Assembly: GCA_963693365.1 (NCBI GenBank)
Contig: CAVNZM010000013.1
Location: 1,513,817 to 1,577,816, forward strand
Length of the DNA stretch: 64,000 bases
Direction of reading: 5' to 3'
Origin: Amoebidium appalachense
Lineage: Eukaryota; Protista; Ichthyosporea
The notes below the pieces were generated by a model that saw only the letters and a program-made list of their open reading frames with translations, ran no database searches and was not told the origin of the DNA. This document shows, in pieces, positions 35,757 through 51,124 of the stretch. How positions within the stretch are numbered: the stretch's first letter is position 1; each line of letters begins with the position of its first letter. Both the position numbers and the translations under genes were made by a program.

Positions 35757-36742
35757 ACTCCCCTCCACCCATCTTTCACCCTTCCAAAACAACACCGAAA
35801 AAAAAAAGAAAAAAAAAAAACCAGAAAAGAAAACTGACAACATATTCCCTACCACCACCACAGTCAATCTTCACAGGAGCGTCTCTTCTCAGCATCTTCG
35901 TTCTTGCCGTGGCCGTGTATCGCAACCGCAACCATCCGGTCGTAAGATCCCGGGGGAGAATGTACCTCGTCCTGATGTTCACAATATCAGCGCTCATGAA
36001 TTTCAGCTCTTTTTTCATGGCCGGAAGCTCCCAGTGGCAGCTCGATCAGTTCCCATTAGACCTCGATTATCGCAACCGCGACGTCCTTACGCGGCAGATA
36101 AACCTAGCGGCGCTTTACGTGTTTCTGTCGTTTGCGATAGCTATAGCGCTCATATCGATGTACTTTTCCAGCATTGCTTTAAGGCTACGAATGATCTCAT
36201 TGGTCTACAGCTCCAAGTTGAAACCGCGTACCGTTAAAGACGCCCGACTTCTAATGTGGGCCCTCGCATGGGCCGTGCTCTCCTTCTTCGTGACGATACC
36301 GGCACATACGTATTGGCTCATCGTCGACCGATGCCACCCCAGGGGGGTACGATATACGGCATGCGGCCTCTCGGCAATCATCTTGGTTGTGGTCCCGCTG
36401 ATATTCACGTATATATACCGCGCCCGTCACGCGTCGCTCAAGTTCAACGATATGTTCTCGAACATCCGCGCCATGGTCGTGCTCATGTTGGTGTTTTTTT
36501 CATGTTTTTGCTTCACGTATTACGATCCTAACCACATCATTTCGTCGTGTACTGGGTGGTGTGCGGTCGTTCGTCTGGTTGTTTCTGTTCAAGTTTTGGA
36601 CCAATTCAGCACGCAGGTTTTGCAGGCCAAATGGGAGGTTCCGGCCCGCCCGCGGGCCTTGCAAGATCTCTCGCTCCCCAGTGGGATGAGACCAGCCCAA
36701 TGGTTCCGCTGGACTTCGCGCATGGAGCCGACGTATAATTGA
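34104..36742 (+). CDS. Class C (7tm_3-like) GPCR-like membrane protein, paralog 1; exons 34104-35072 and 35864-36742 (~615 aa)
   Basis: Donor GAG/GTAAGT, branch CTGAC near 35834, acceptor CAG at 35863, phase 0. TM1 followed by [10 protein letters not shown]; TM5 followed by RHASLKFND (class C ..FNE motif). Frame conserved in the paralog. Confidence 0.8.
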
Positions 36743-39483
36743 TAAGGATGTTGAACTTTTCAAACGGTTATGTCTGACGGTATCTTGTCGAACTGTTTGA
36801 AGTTGAAAGCTAGCAGGTTCAATGGGCCCATATATTTGGATTTGTCGAATGCAGATTGGTTTTTCTTTCTTCTTTCCTTTTTTTTTCTTTTTTTTTTCTT
36901 TTCTTTTGGTTTTTTTTTGCCAAACCCAGTTCTGAGCAATCGTTAGTATTTTTTGCAATGTCTAGTGTCTTCACTTTACACACCTCCCCTCCCCTCCCTC
37001 AAAGAAAAAAAACAAAAAAAAAAACACGAGCCACACACACGCACACAAACACACAACGCACGCGCACACACACACACGCGTGCGCGCGCACACACGCACA
37101 CACGCACACACAGACACACGCCTTTTTTCTCAACGTTGGCAATGGGCGAGTTGTTTCTATGATCATAATTAGTAATGCGAAAAACCAAGTCCCCAGTTTC
37201 GTATAATGATCGAAGGATACTCTTTAAAGGCAAGTAAATGCAGTGTGTATCATAGTGCATGTATGATGGTAAGATTTCTCCACACCTACGCAGGCAGTAA
37301 GCTAATTATTCTTATTAAGGTAAGATGTACAGTATAGGTGTCAAAGTAGTTCCAGTAGCAGGGCAAGAAGTCTGAATCGTAGTGTATCGTAGACTACCAA
37401 GTGCCCGTGTTAGCCTTTCCCAGTAGAGGTTACAGTGGGTCAGGATGTAAAGTGATTGATGAATTACTATAAGTTAGCATGCACTAAGCTGTCATAACGA
37501 TATTTACATAAACATTCTGAACAATTTAAGCCCGTGCGTGTACTGTATTTGATTAGTTAAATTTGAATCACCTAGAAACCTTTAAAGAGTGCCTGTACAT
37601 ATTTATAATGCAGAGATAAACGTACACCGCGTCGTTTTTTCACCCCCCCCCCCCCCCCCCCCCCCCCCCTCCCTCCCCCCCCCTCACCCTCACACACAGA
37701 AACACACACGCGCGCGCGCATGCGCGGGCACACGCACACACACAACATACAACAAACACACACGCACATAGAAACACACACAACACGGTCAAACACAAAC
37801 ACACCCCATGGCCAAAAAAAAGACCCAAAAAACGCCATCACGAACCACCGCCACCACGCGTGCACCACGGCCTGTTAGCATTATTTCAAAGTATCACTTT
37901 GCGCAAATTTTATATCTACCCCAAAGACTGGGATAGACTGTCACACCTGCCGGTCATATAGTGTGCCCCCCCCCCCCCCCCCCCCTCCCCCCTCTCCGAC
38001 CTACACCCACACATACCCACACACCCGCGGCACGCTGACACGCACACTCAACAATTCATGATCATGTGCATTGCGAGAGTACCACTATCAGACCATCCCG
38101 GTACAGACTAAGTAAGCACCTAATGCATAAAAACAACATTTGTGGTATTTTTAAAACTTGAAATTAAAATTCACAGTTGTTATTTTCATAAGGTCTTTTC
38201 CAGCACTGCGGAGATTGGGATTGGTATGTTATTCCTTAGCGGACTGTGGGTTCCGTGTTCGGTGGCCTGAGGGTGGGTGGGTGGGTGGGTGGCTGGGTGG
38301 GGGGGGGGGGGGGGGGGGGGGGAGGGGGTTAGAGGGGGAAGGGGGCATAGCGCCGTATGGGACGGAAGAGGTTGGACAGTAGGGGAGGGGCCGGGGGGGG
38401 GGGGGGGGGGGGGGGGAGGGGGGGGGAGGGGGGAGGGGGGGGGGGGGGGGGGGGGGATGGGGGGGAGAAAGGGGGGGGGGGGGGTTGGGGGGGGGGGTAT
38501 GCAACTGGAGCCATGTTAACATCCTGTGTTCTGTGCCACCGCGTATATGTGAACAGCTTTAAATGTAATAATATAAAATAAAATCAATTTAATATAAGTT
38601 AAGATTATCAAAAAGTGTTCTCTGAGTGTCCCGGTGTGTCACTTTCGACGTCTCTGCTCCACCCCCTACCTCAAAGTTTCTCAAGGAGCTTATAATTCGA
38701 ATCATTGAACAGAAAATCGACTTAGAACTTGTATTCGATTTTGTATAAGAATTGGAAATCAATACACAGGTGTCTTTACCTCCCCCCCCTCCCCCCCCCC
38801 CCTCTCCCCCCCCTCTCCCCCCCCTCCCCCCCCCCTCCCCCCCCCCCCCCCCCTCTCCCCCCCCTCTCCCCCCCTCCCCCCCCCCCCCCCCCCCCCCCCC
38901 ACCACCCTAACCATCCATCTGAGAATGGGAGAGTTGTGGAAGGAGGGGAGGCGAGGAACGGCCAGGGCGGGGAGGGGGAAGGGGGGGGGGGGGACGAGGA
39001 GGGGAGAGAGGGGTGTGTGTGTGTGTGTACGTGTGGAGGTGGAGGTGGGGGGGGGTTGAGGGGGAGGGGGGCCGGGGGGGGAGGGGGAGAAAGGGTATAA
39101 TGCCCTGGTAGCCAGTGTTGATTTTCAAAGGGTCTTATTATCAGACACCACGATTGCAAGTGTAGGAGTCCAAATTCAACCGTAATAAAAAAGAAATATC
39201 GGAGAAGAGAGGGTTGGTCGGGGGGAGGGGGGGGGGGGGGTGGGGGGGGGGGGGGGGGGGGGGAAGGAGTAGGAAGGGGAGGCGTGGGTGGAGGGCAGGG
39301 GATGTGAAGTGTGTTTGTATGTGTGTGGAGAGAAGGGGGGGAGGGGGGTGGCGCGGGGGGGGGGGGGGGGGGGGGGGGGGGGAGAGAGAGGGGGGGAGTT
39401 TGTGTCTTAAAAAAAATTACGAAGAAATACAACAGTCGTGAAACAGGCTGGCCGCTCATAGGTAGGTCATGTGTCATAGGGCA

Positions 39484-39520
<37 letters not shown>

Positions 39521-40599
39521 AGTCTCCAAGGCTATGTACCCACTGGCTTACGGAAGTGGCCGGGCACTACTACGCCGCGGGACGTCTCCGGTTGGGTCTA
39601 TGAATTCCTGTTGGGCAATCGAAACGCTTGGTTATCTTGTAGGTCCAATAGGAATGCTTTATTTTCTGTTGGGCAATAGGAACGCTTCCCTAAATTGTTG
39701 TTGGGCAATAGCAACGCTTCTAAATTCTTATTAAATTTTTAATGCGACTTTGAACCAATCATATCCTGTAAATTTAAATTTGTTTGCGCAATCAGACACT
39801 TTGTCTAGTGACTGTCGCCTGCGGCAACATACAAGGTATGTTGAGCAACCTTGTATGTTGAGCCGGGCCGCAGGGAGACAGTCACTCAAAGTGACTACCC
39901 TCCCCCCGAGACTCTCCCCCCCCCCCCTCTCCCCCCGGTGATCCCCCACCCACTCGCCCCTCCTCCCCCCTCTCCCCCCCCATACCTCCTGCCTCAACCA
40001 TTTCCGCGCCTCCTCCCCCCTCCCCCCCCAAATAAATAAATAAATAAATAAATTAATAAATAACTTATGATAAAAAACTCAGCCCCCCCCCCCCCACCCC
40101 CCCAGTCCCCCCCCTCCCCCCCACACACACACACTCCCCCTGCAACCTCTCCCCCCCCCCCCCCCCATCCTCAGCAATCATTTCATTTCAACCACAAGGC
40201 CAAGTTAAGATCTTGGCCTAGTGCACGTGCATGCCGCCACATATCGGGGGGGGGGGGGGGGGGGCTTAAATTTGAACGTGCTCTTAATATGCTGATCACT
40301 GACTGATCCTGAGCACGTAGATTTGTCTGATTTCCCCGGGCAACACGAATTACGAGAATCTGCAGGTGCAAAAAGTCCCCAGTGATCCCCCTTAAGTCTC
40401 CCCCTCCCCCTCCCGCCCCCTTCCCTCCCTCCCCGGGGGGAGGGGAGGGGGGGGGGGGGGGGGGGGAGGGGGGGGCAAGGGGGGGGGCTGGGACTCGGGG
40501 AAAAAGAAAAAAAGGGAGCCCCCCCTCACAGTGTGCTTCCGCCCCCGACAACCATGGGCATATTTCAACGGTTAACACCACCACCACCAACACACCACC

Positions 40600-40644
40600 A
40601 ACACACATGCACACACACACACACACGCACACACACGCACACAC

Positions 40645-40725
<81 letters not shown>

Positions 40726-40738
40726 AGAGGAGAGAGAC

Positions 40739-40794
<56 letters not shown>

Positions 40795-41000
40795 GCGCGC
40801 GCACACATACACACACATACACGCGCGCGCGCGCACGCGTGCGCGTGCGCGCGTGTGTGTGAGTGCGTGTGAGTGCGTGTGTGTGTGTGTGTGTGCGTGC
40901 GTGCATGCGTGCGTGCGTGTGTGTGTGTGTGCGTGTGTGTGCGTGTGTGTATGTGTGTGTGTGTGTATGTGTGTGCGTGCGTGTGTGCGTGTGTGTGTGC

Positions 41001-41075
<75 letters not shown>

Positions 41076-41198
41076 TGTGTGTGTGTGTGTGTGCCACATG
41101 TGTGTGTGTACATGTGTGGGTTCGTGTTTCAGAGCCTGAGAGAGAGAGAAAGAGAGAGATAGAGAGAGAGAGAGAGTGTGTGTGTGTGTACAATATGC

Positions 41199-41272
<74 letters not shown>

Positions 41273-41341
41273 TGAGGTGGGGGGTAGGGGGCCTGATGAA
41301 TGGAATTTGAATAAGGGTGTTTGGAGCGCGCGCGCGCGCGC

Positions 41342-41390
<49 letters not shown>

Positions 41391-41400
41391 CTGCAGGGGA
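40600..41400. repeat. Compound (CA)n/(CG)/(TG)n microsatellite
   Basis: Seen directly; the CA arm switches to a TG arm near 40835. Confidence 0.9.
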
Positions 41401-41471
41401 GGGAGGGGGGGGGGGGCAGTGGGTCAGTGAGGAGGGACCAGGGGGGAGAGGGGGAGGGAGAGAGAGAGAGC

Positions 41472-41573
<102 letters not shown>

Positions 41574-41590
41574 GGGGGGGGGGGGGGGGG

Positions 41591-41645
<55 letters not shown>

Positions 41646-42495
41646 CCCGTGTGAGGGGTGTGGGGGGTTAGGCCCTGGATTGAGGGAGGTTAAGAAACTG
41701 AAATATGAAATAAGGGAGTTCGAAGAAAAGAGGGGGGGCTGGAAGGGGGGGGGGGGGGGGGGGAGATTGGCAGTGCTAGGCAGTGGGTTGGTGAGGGAGG
41801 GAGGGAGAGGGGGGGATGTGTGTGTTTGGGGGTTTTGGGGGTGCACGGGGCAAGCTGAACAATTAAAACATTCCACTAGTATAAGGAATGGCTTATCAGT
41901 GACCCCGGGCTGGGAGTATCGTTGGGGGGAGAATGGAGGGGGGGAGGTGGTAATACGTATTATAGGTGAGTGGATGGGCATTTGTGTGGATGCCCAGGGC
42001 CGGGGGGGGGGGGGGGGTGAGGGACAGGGTGGAGGGGTCACAGTATAGGGCAAGTTGAACGATTGCAGGGCCACCCACATGGGTTTAGGAGCCAGGAGGG
42101 GGGGGGGGGGGGGGGAGGGGGGGAAGAGAGGGAGGAGGGAGGGACGTTAACACAAGTTGCAGGGACGAGGGAGCGGATGGGGTGCGGATTGCGAATGGGC
42201 CGGGTGAATGGGTGAGTCATGGGGAGGGGGGGGATGAAGGGGGCTGGGGGTTAATTTGAAGAGAAAGCCTTTGAGGGCACAAAATTTTTCAAAGTTCTTA
42301 TTCTGTTCTTTCTTGCTTTTTTTTTTTTCTTTTTTTTTTTTGTGGGGGGGGGGGGGAGGGGAGAGGGTACCGGTAGGGGGGGACAGTGAGGGGAGAGGAA
42401 GGGGGAGTGAGGGGGGGGGGAGGGGGGGGGGGGGGGGGGGGGGGGGAGACAGTGATTTGCAAATGGATGGTGGTGGGGCACAGGGGGAAAGGGGA

Positions 42496-42529
<34 letters not shown>

Positions 42530-42603
42530 GCTGCTGAAAAACGAAAGATTGCACCTGAGGCAGCTTAAGGCCCTGGGGACCAGGTGCTGGTGGGTGTATG
42601 TGT

Positions 42604-42649
<46 letters not shown>

Positions 42650-42730
42650 CGAGATGGAGGGAGGAAGCTTTGAAATTAGTGCATGGGTCACGGTGGGGGG
42701 GGGGGAGGGGGAAGGGGGGGGAGGCTGTGT

Positions 42731-42776
<46 letters not shown>

Positions 42777-43027
42777 CGGGGAGGTACTTTATATGATACC
42801 CATAATCATGTACACGGCCTCCTTTGCACGTCCTGCATGTATAGAACTGGGAAGGGAGGGAGGGAGGGGGGGGGGGGGGGGGGAGGGGGGGGGGCCGGGG
42901 GGGATGGGAGGGTGAGTGGCTGCGCATGCAGGACCAAAATTGAAAAAATGAAATGATAAGTAAAAGTCCCTGGGAGCCTCGTGATGTACGTGGAGGCCCG
43001 GAAGAGGCTGTAGGTGGGTGGGTGGGT

Positions 43028-43076
<49 letters not shown>

Positions 43077-43581
43077 GGGATCCTTTTCCATTTGATTAAG
43101 GTCCCCTTCATCCCCAAGGAAGTTCCTGCCCGGGGGTCCGGGGGGGGGGGGGGGGGGAGGGGGGGGGGGAGGAAGGATCATGAGCGTGAACTCAAAGAGT
43201 GTTACCATTTTCCTGAAATGACCCACGTGAAAAGAGCTGGTGGAAAGTCACTGTGCACATTTATGTAGTAATATGAATTTTGTGCGTATATTGGATACAT
43301 GGTAAAGGTTATTGCAATATAATATAATATTGTACCTTAATGAGCTGGCTTGTCTCGAAAGAACTTTCTGCCGAGAACTGCCAGAGCCAGGTCAATTTCC
43401 GGATCCGGGCCTTGTTTGCCTTTTGGCACATATACATAGACAATGCTGGCCTGCTTTGGAAATGCAACCTCCCGGGCTTCTAATTGCAACAGCATGTATC
43501 AAGCATGTTTCCTAAAAAGGTTAAGTGGCAACCTGCCCTGATTAATATATTAGAAATGAATGATCGCGTACCGCTATCTTA

Positions 43582-45115
<1,534 letters not shown>

Positions 45116-45478
45116 TAACATTGTATAACCGTTCTCAGATTCCGAAGCTGAGGAGTCATTTGTAGCTGTTGTTTGATAGGACTCGGTAGCTGTTGTTTCA
45201 TATCATGCGGCGGCACGGGCACAGTCACTGGCTCTGTGCAAAAGGCCCGTGAACCTAATATATATGTGTGTGTGCATGTGTGTACTGCATTCATGTTGGA
45301 GTACGTAAGTCCGTGTGCTAGAATTGCAAGAGCTTTGAAGTTCACAATTTTTACTTGATTCTGTTTGTTTGCTTACATATGTTCACTTCTCAATTGTGAG
45401 CATGCATCCGATTCAGAGTCTCTCTCTCTCCCTTCGTGCCAAGCTTCTCTCTGTAGTGTGCGTCTCCGAGTCACCCTC

Positions 45479-45522
<44 letters not shown>

Positions 45523-46677
45523 CCCCCGCCCCCGCCCGCGCGCACGGTTCTTCGAGGGCCCCTCTCTCTCACCCCTGTGTGCACAGATATCTGTAGATCT
45601 GTGTTCCATGGCCTCCTGGCCTGAGCGGATGTGTTGTGCTGTATATCAATATGTGACTTATTTACCAGGAGTGTCATGCCATACAGATATGATAATTATT
45701 ATAATTGCACAGCTACTCAAAGTAGTCACCGAGTTTGTACAAATGCCGTTTATTCGTGTGTTGCAGTTGTGTGGACGTCAGTCGACTCGATCGTAAGTAT
45801 AAAAGGGATTACGTAACAGCAAAAGATTCCAACCCTGCACCAAATGATGCTACTTTTAGCAACGCATCGATCTTTGTTTGTGCGCCCAATAGAGATTTGG
45901 GTGGCGGGTTGCCTCAGGAGCACGGCCATCTAGATGGCCGTGCTCAGGAAGTGCATTCTGATCCTCAGGAATTTTGGAAGCCTTCCACCAGCCAGCCTAT
46001 TGTAGTAGAGCCAACAACCGCTTTTAGGTGCCATTTTCGAATATAATATATTTGGCCCTGTTAGGTCCAATTTTTCAGAAATTGATTGGCCTAACCTCGA
46101 AAAGTTAGGAACAATTATCGGACTTTCAGGGACAATTTTCTGGCCCTAAACCCCCTAATATAACAGCCTGTTTCCCGTTTCGTCCCTACTTATTAATTTT
46201 GGTTACGATATTCCGAGAGTCGGGGTGTGATCTGATTGGATGACGACACGACCTTTAACTTCAGTTAGTCTTGCCGTGATTGGCCTAGAGCGCACTCACC
46301 GAAATAACCAGGGTATGGACATTTCTATTGGGTTAGAGGAATCGAATAACCGGGTTAATGGGTGAGTGCGCTGCTAGCCAATCAAAGGAAAATGAGCCTG
46401 AAATGTGAATGTAATGATATATGAATCAAATAACCGAGTTAAAGTTTGCATAATGTATCAATAAAGTGAATGCTAAATCTTTATGGGTCATATCGTAACC
46501 GGATCATGTCGGCTCGTGTCCTCGCTGGACCTCGTTATTTCGGCTCGCCTTGTCGATTATTTTGGCTCGCCTATCGGCTCGCCAAAATAACCGACGGCTC
46601 GCCGAAATAACTTCGGTCTCGCTCGGCCACTCGCCCCATGACTCCTGACTCAGGAAGTGCGTTCCGATCCAAATTAA

Positions 46678-46934
46678 ATCAACCTCCGTATCTATCATTT
46701 TAAGCCCCGACCGAGGACGATTCGATCGAGGATTTCGGATGGCCCTGGCGCGGCTAGTGAAATTCTCGAACATATCAAGCGATCGAGGGTGTGACATCAC
46801 AAAAACGTCAGAAAAACGTCATGCCCTCGATCGCTTGATTGATTCGAGGATTTCCGGAGCCGCAACTGGGCCATCCGAAATCCTCGATCGGATCATCCTC
46901 GAGTTTGTCTAAAATGGTAGATACGGAGGTTGGT
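46678..46934. mobile_element. 257-bp fold-back MITE flanked by TTAA
   Basis: ~115-bp imperfect inverted arms (AACCTCCGTATCTA.../...TAGATACGGAGGTT); TTAA at 46674-46677 and 46935-46938. Confidence 0.75.
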
Positions 46935-48567
46935 TTAACCGTTCAATCAACATTGCACTGTTGCAATTGTGCCAGACCCGATTTTGATTGGTTATTGGCA
47001 CCACCACCACTATGGGCCTTGAAATTTCGAAAATGTATATTTAATGTGTACAAGGAAGTGCATCAATATGAAAATCAGTGAGTAGACAGAACTGAGTGCG
47101 GGATAAAAAAAAAACTCATCTATGTATAAAAAATGTCTCAATATTGAACACTAAGAGTAGACTGTGTGTGCCCTTGTTACAACCCGCCCGGCACGAGCTC
47201 GACGTTGCAACAGCGCTGTACACGTGACTGTACTGTACATATTTATATCTCGTCCATCGAATTTCGACTTCATCTTGATATGGTGACCTCAGCGGCTCAC
47301 ATGGGCATGGCTGAGGTCTGACCGTGGCATTCGAGCCGGCACTAATTGTTTTGTCCGCGTGGCGGACACAACCGAAACAAGTCTAGCGCAGCTCAAAATC
47401 AATAGAAAAAGCCCAAATAAATTGTATACGTCGACAGGTATATGTATTATTTACATTTTCTTCTGGGTTTTGCGAAAATATCATTATTTCATATACTTTT
47501 CCTATGTGTTTCTGTAGCGACCTCAGACATTTTGGAAACGTTTTTCAAGTTGCCATTGATGTGACTGAGCACAGCCAATCGGCTTTGTCGATTTTAACTA
47601 CACCAATTTCCCTTTTCATCCAATCAGAAGTTTGTATTGACAGGTGCGAAACACATCCAATTGCGGCGGCTCTTCAACAGCGCGGTGACAGTTACGCCAT
47701 ATACAAAGTATCAAATACTGAAGTAAAGTTTGTATTTTTTTCCCAAACGCAAAGAACAGATTTTTTTATATTATTCCTGCAACTTTATATTGCTGGTTCT
47801 TATCAATTTCATGCTGATATAAGGGTGCAAACGCCAGGGTCCCCAAAACTGATGTCGAAGATCTAGGGAATATTGCCGGTGTGAACAGATTAAGCCCAGG
47901 GGGTCATTACGACTAACGCTGGGAGGTGCTGTATTGGTTTATCGTAACAGTCAAATAGGCAAGAATAGTGTATTATGGTGTGCTTTCATACGAATATTGG
48001 TGTTTTTCTAGGTAAAAAGTGCTCAGGTGGCTATTTTTGCACTCCAGAACGGAATATGAAGCCCTGTTTTGCCCGTCGGGGGGTGAAATTACTAAGGTGT
48101 GTAATATTGTAAGACATTGCTCCAGGAAATCGGACATTAGGGGGTCTACAATAAGACACGAGCTCGTAAATGAGCTGAAACCCGGCAATACGATTTAGAA
48201 ATTCCGATAATACACGGGTAGTGCAGGCAAACCCGCACAACCCCTGCTCCGGGAGTACCTGAGCACGAGCAGTGCCTTGTAAGTTTTTTATTCTTTTTTA
48301 ACGAATCAGTGTGACTCAGATGCAACTTTATATCATAGCCATGCATAGCGGTCCTTCTGTAGTTGTTGCAGATAGGCCTATCAGTTTTGTCCAATCATTC
48401 ACGGTGACATATGCCTGTATGCGGCAGCCGAGGCTGCCAGTGCCAGCCCGCTCATGACCCAGACCCACCGTAAAACCTACTAGCGTATACTGGCATGTTT
48501 ACTACTGCTTCACCTCCAAAATCTTCCAAGACAAAAAGCACGCAGGAAGAACACATTCCTCAAAAAT

Positions 48568-49768
48568 ATGGGGCCTGCTATAGAGACAACAAAACCTGTC
48601 AAGCCTGAGCCAACCGATACCAGGTCCCCTTTAGTTAGTAATGACAACAATAATAACAATAGTGATGATTGCAGTGATTCTAGCGAAAAACCTACAATCG
48701 CAACAAGTTTAGCTAGCAATAGTCGTAACCGAAGTTCCCCTATCACAGTCCCAACCCCAGGTAGTGATATGCACACCTACCTATCATGTTTTTTTCTGGA
48801 AAAAGAGCTCTCGTCACCCATTTTTGATAAAAGTAATGTTGTGAACACAACTGCAAGTTTAGAAAATGGTGTCAGAGCAGAATCACAAAGACAAACACAC
48901 CAGGAAACCATCGCGTCTGAACACATTTCCTCTAAAACGACACGAGATCACGTCGAAGGTTCGAATTCAGACATCAAGTTCAAAAACGAAGCAGGCTCGG
49001 TAGGATACGTGGACAGTGTTTGTGTTGTTACCAGGTCGTGTGATAAATCGGTGGGAAGCGACCGCTACACAATCAGTTTCGGAACAGAGAAAACAAAGTC
49101 CGAGTGCCGCACGTCAGTTGAAACCCACTCCCAGCCCACCGGTTACAGCACGGAGCATGGAGTCGCTGACGAAATCCGAGTCAGGACAGCCAAAAGGACA
49201 GCAACATTAGAGGATTATCGTCAGAGAAGGCTTGAGAATGCGCGGCAATACATCAAACAGAGCATGTTGGTGCATCTAGTCATTCTAATTATAGCCATCG
49301 GGTTTGAGAGCCTTTTCTTGGCGCTGTGCACTTTGGTCACGCCAAGGTCACCCCATTCGGCTGTTCGTCTTCAGGCAGATGTTCTCCAAGCCGCACAGGC
49401 GCAACTTGAGGTTGCACTTGCACAAACACCGAAAAATGAAACCGCAATTTCGGTTGCAAACAGTGATTTGGATAGGGAGGTGGCAGCTTTCCGGGAGGTG
49501 GTGTTGATTTCGACCGAGCAGGGAAGGAAACTTTTCATGTGGGAGGTAAGTTTTGAACCACGCTGTAAATTTATCAAATCCTAATGATTCTGTGATACAT
49601 ATACAGTGATGTTATTCAGAAGAACGGCAGCTTCCCGAGAGTTTATTCCAAAGTGTTTCCACACATTATTTTGGATCTTACAGCTTGAAAATCAGAAAAG
49701 AAAATTGCGCGCACACGGTACCAACACGCTGACCCCGATGGCACGTGCATACACCCTCAAACACACAG

Positions 49769-49808
<40 letters not shown>

Positions 49809-50878
49809 CCGTGCACACACACGCACGCACACACCTCAACAGTGACCAAAATACCCGTGCGCACACAAGTAACAGACATCTACAAAACCACAGATACCGG
49901 CACGAACACCTATGCTGTGCAGACACACATTGTTGTATTTGCACTGGCCAAGCCACCAACCTCCCTCCCCCCCCCCCCCCCCCCCAAAAAAAAAAAAGGG
50001 GGGGAGGGGGGGGGGAGGGGAGGGGCATTTATTCGAATATGACACACATTTTGCCGCTACCCGTTTGCAAAAACACGTCAGGACACCTACAGACCCCCCC
50101 CCCCCCCCTCTTCCTCCCGGGGCCCCCTCTCCCCCCTTCCCCCCTCCCCTCCTCCTGCCTAAGACCCCCCTCCCCCTCCCCTCCCCCCGCACGCATGCAC
50201 ACACCGCTCTGTTGGCGACAGCTCCCTTGGAACCCATGCGGCATGTTACCCGCCGGCGTAACATAACTCGGACTATCGGTTTGGCTTTTTTCAAGCCCAA
50301 AGCAATGGGTGATACCATATTTCCGGATGACATCCGGGGGCATAGCTTTCCGTTCGAAGACGATAAAGTTCCGCCCTAGTAAGCGTGTTACTACCCTGCG
50401 GCGTGGGTCAAATCTCATATTTTCCCCTCTGATTACGAATTCTGTGGCCTTCGGGACTTAATTCTTTTCAGCTGGTGTAGTATGTTAGCCAGGGAAGTAT
50501 CGACTTAGGTATCGACGGGGGAGCTTCCTAGAAGCCCCGTCTCCTGAGTTCCTATCTATATTTTTCTTGCTTCTGCTTACTGCTGCAACTTTAACCCCCG
50601 GCCTTTCCCACTGCCCTTGCCTGCATAAGCAACCCTGCTCGTCTCTGATCAAGACGGGTGACCTACTCATGTTCAAGTGAAACAGTATCTGAGTTGGGTT
50701 TCGTTAACGAGGGGAATAGGTCGAAACTCGGGTACTGTGGATGACGTGGGCCCCCCCTGAGGATGGGCTCTGCTTATTATGCATACTCTTTATGTATGGC
50801 TTGCATTCTGCATCGTGTTATCCGTTTGTTCTTGTGTACTTCGTACTTTTTGACGCATTCAAAACCCCCGCCCCCCCC

Positions 50879-50928
<50 letters not shown>

Positions 50929-50933
50929 TCCCT

Positions 50934-50993
<60 letters not shown>

Positions 50994-50997
50994 CTTT

Positions 50998-51028
<31 letters not shown>

Positions 51029-51092
51029 GGCGCCTGTTGTTTTGCTTGTCATTTGTTTATTCTGGTTGATTACCTGTAATCTTCGCTTATTT

Positions 51093-51124
<32 letters not shown>

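Noticed and set aside
39608-39722. Four TTGGGCAAT.G.AACGCTT-like repeats
   Set aside because: Real but short and degenerate; most likely TE subterminal remnants with no boundaries recovered.
46143-46160. Telomere-like CCCTAAACCCCCTAA and the TAAACCC at LINE ends
   Set aside because: No tandem telomeric array; too short to support a telomeric link.
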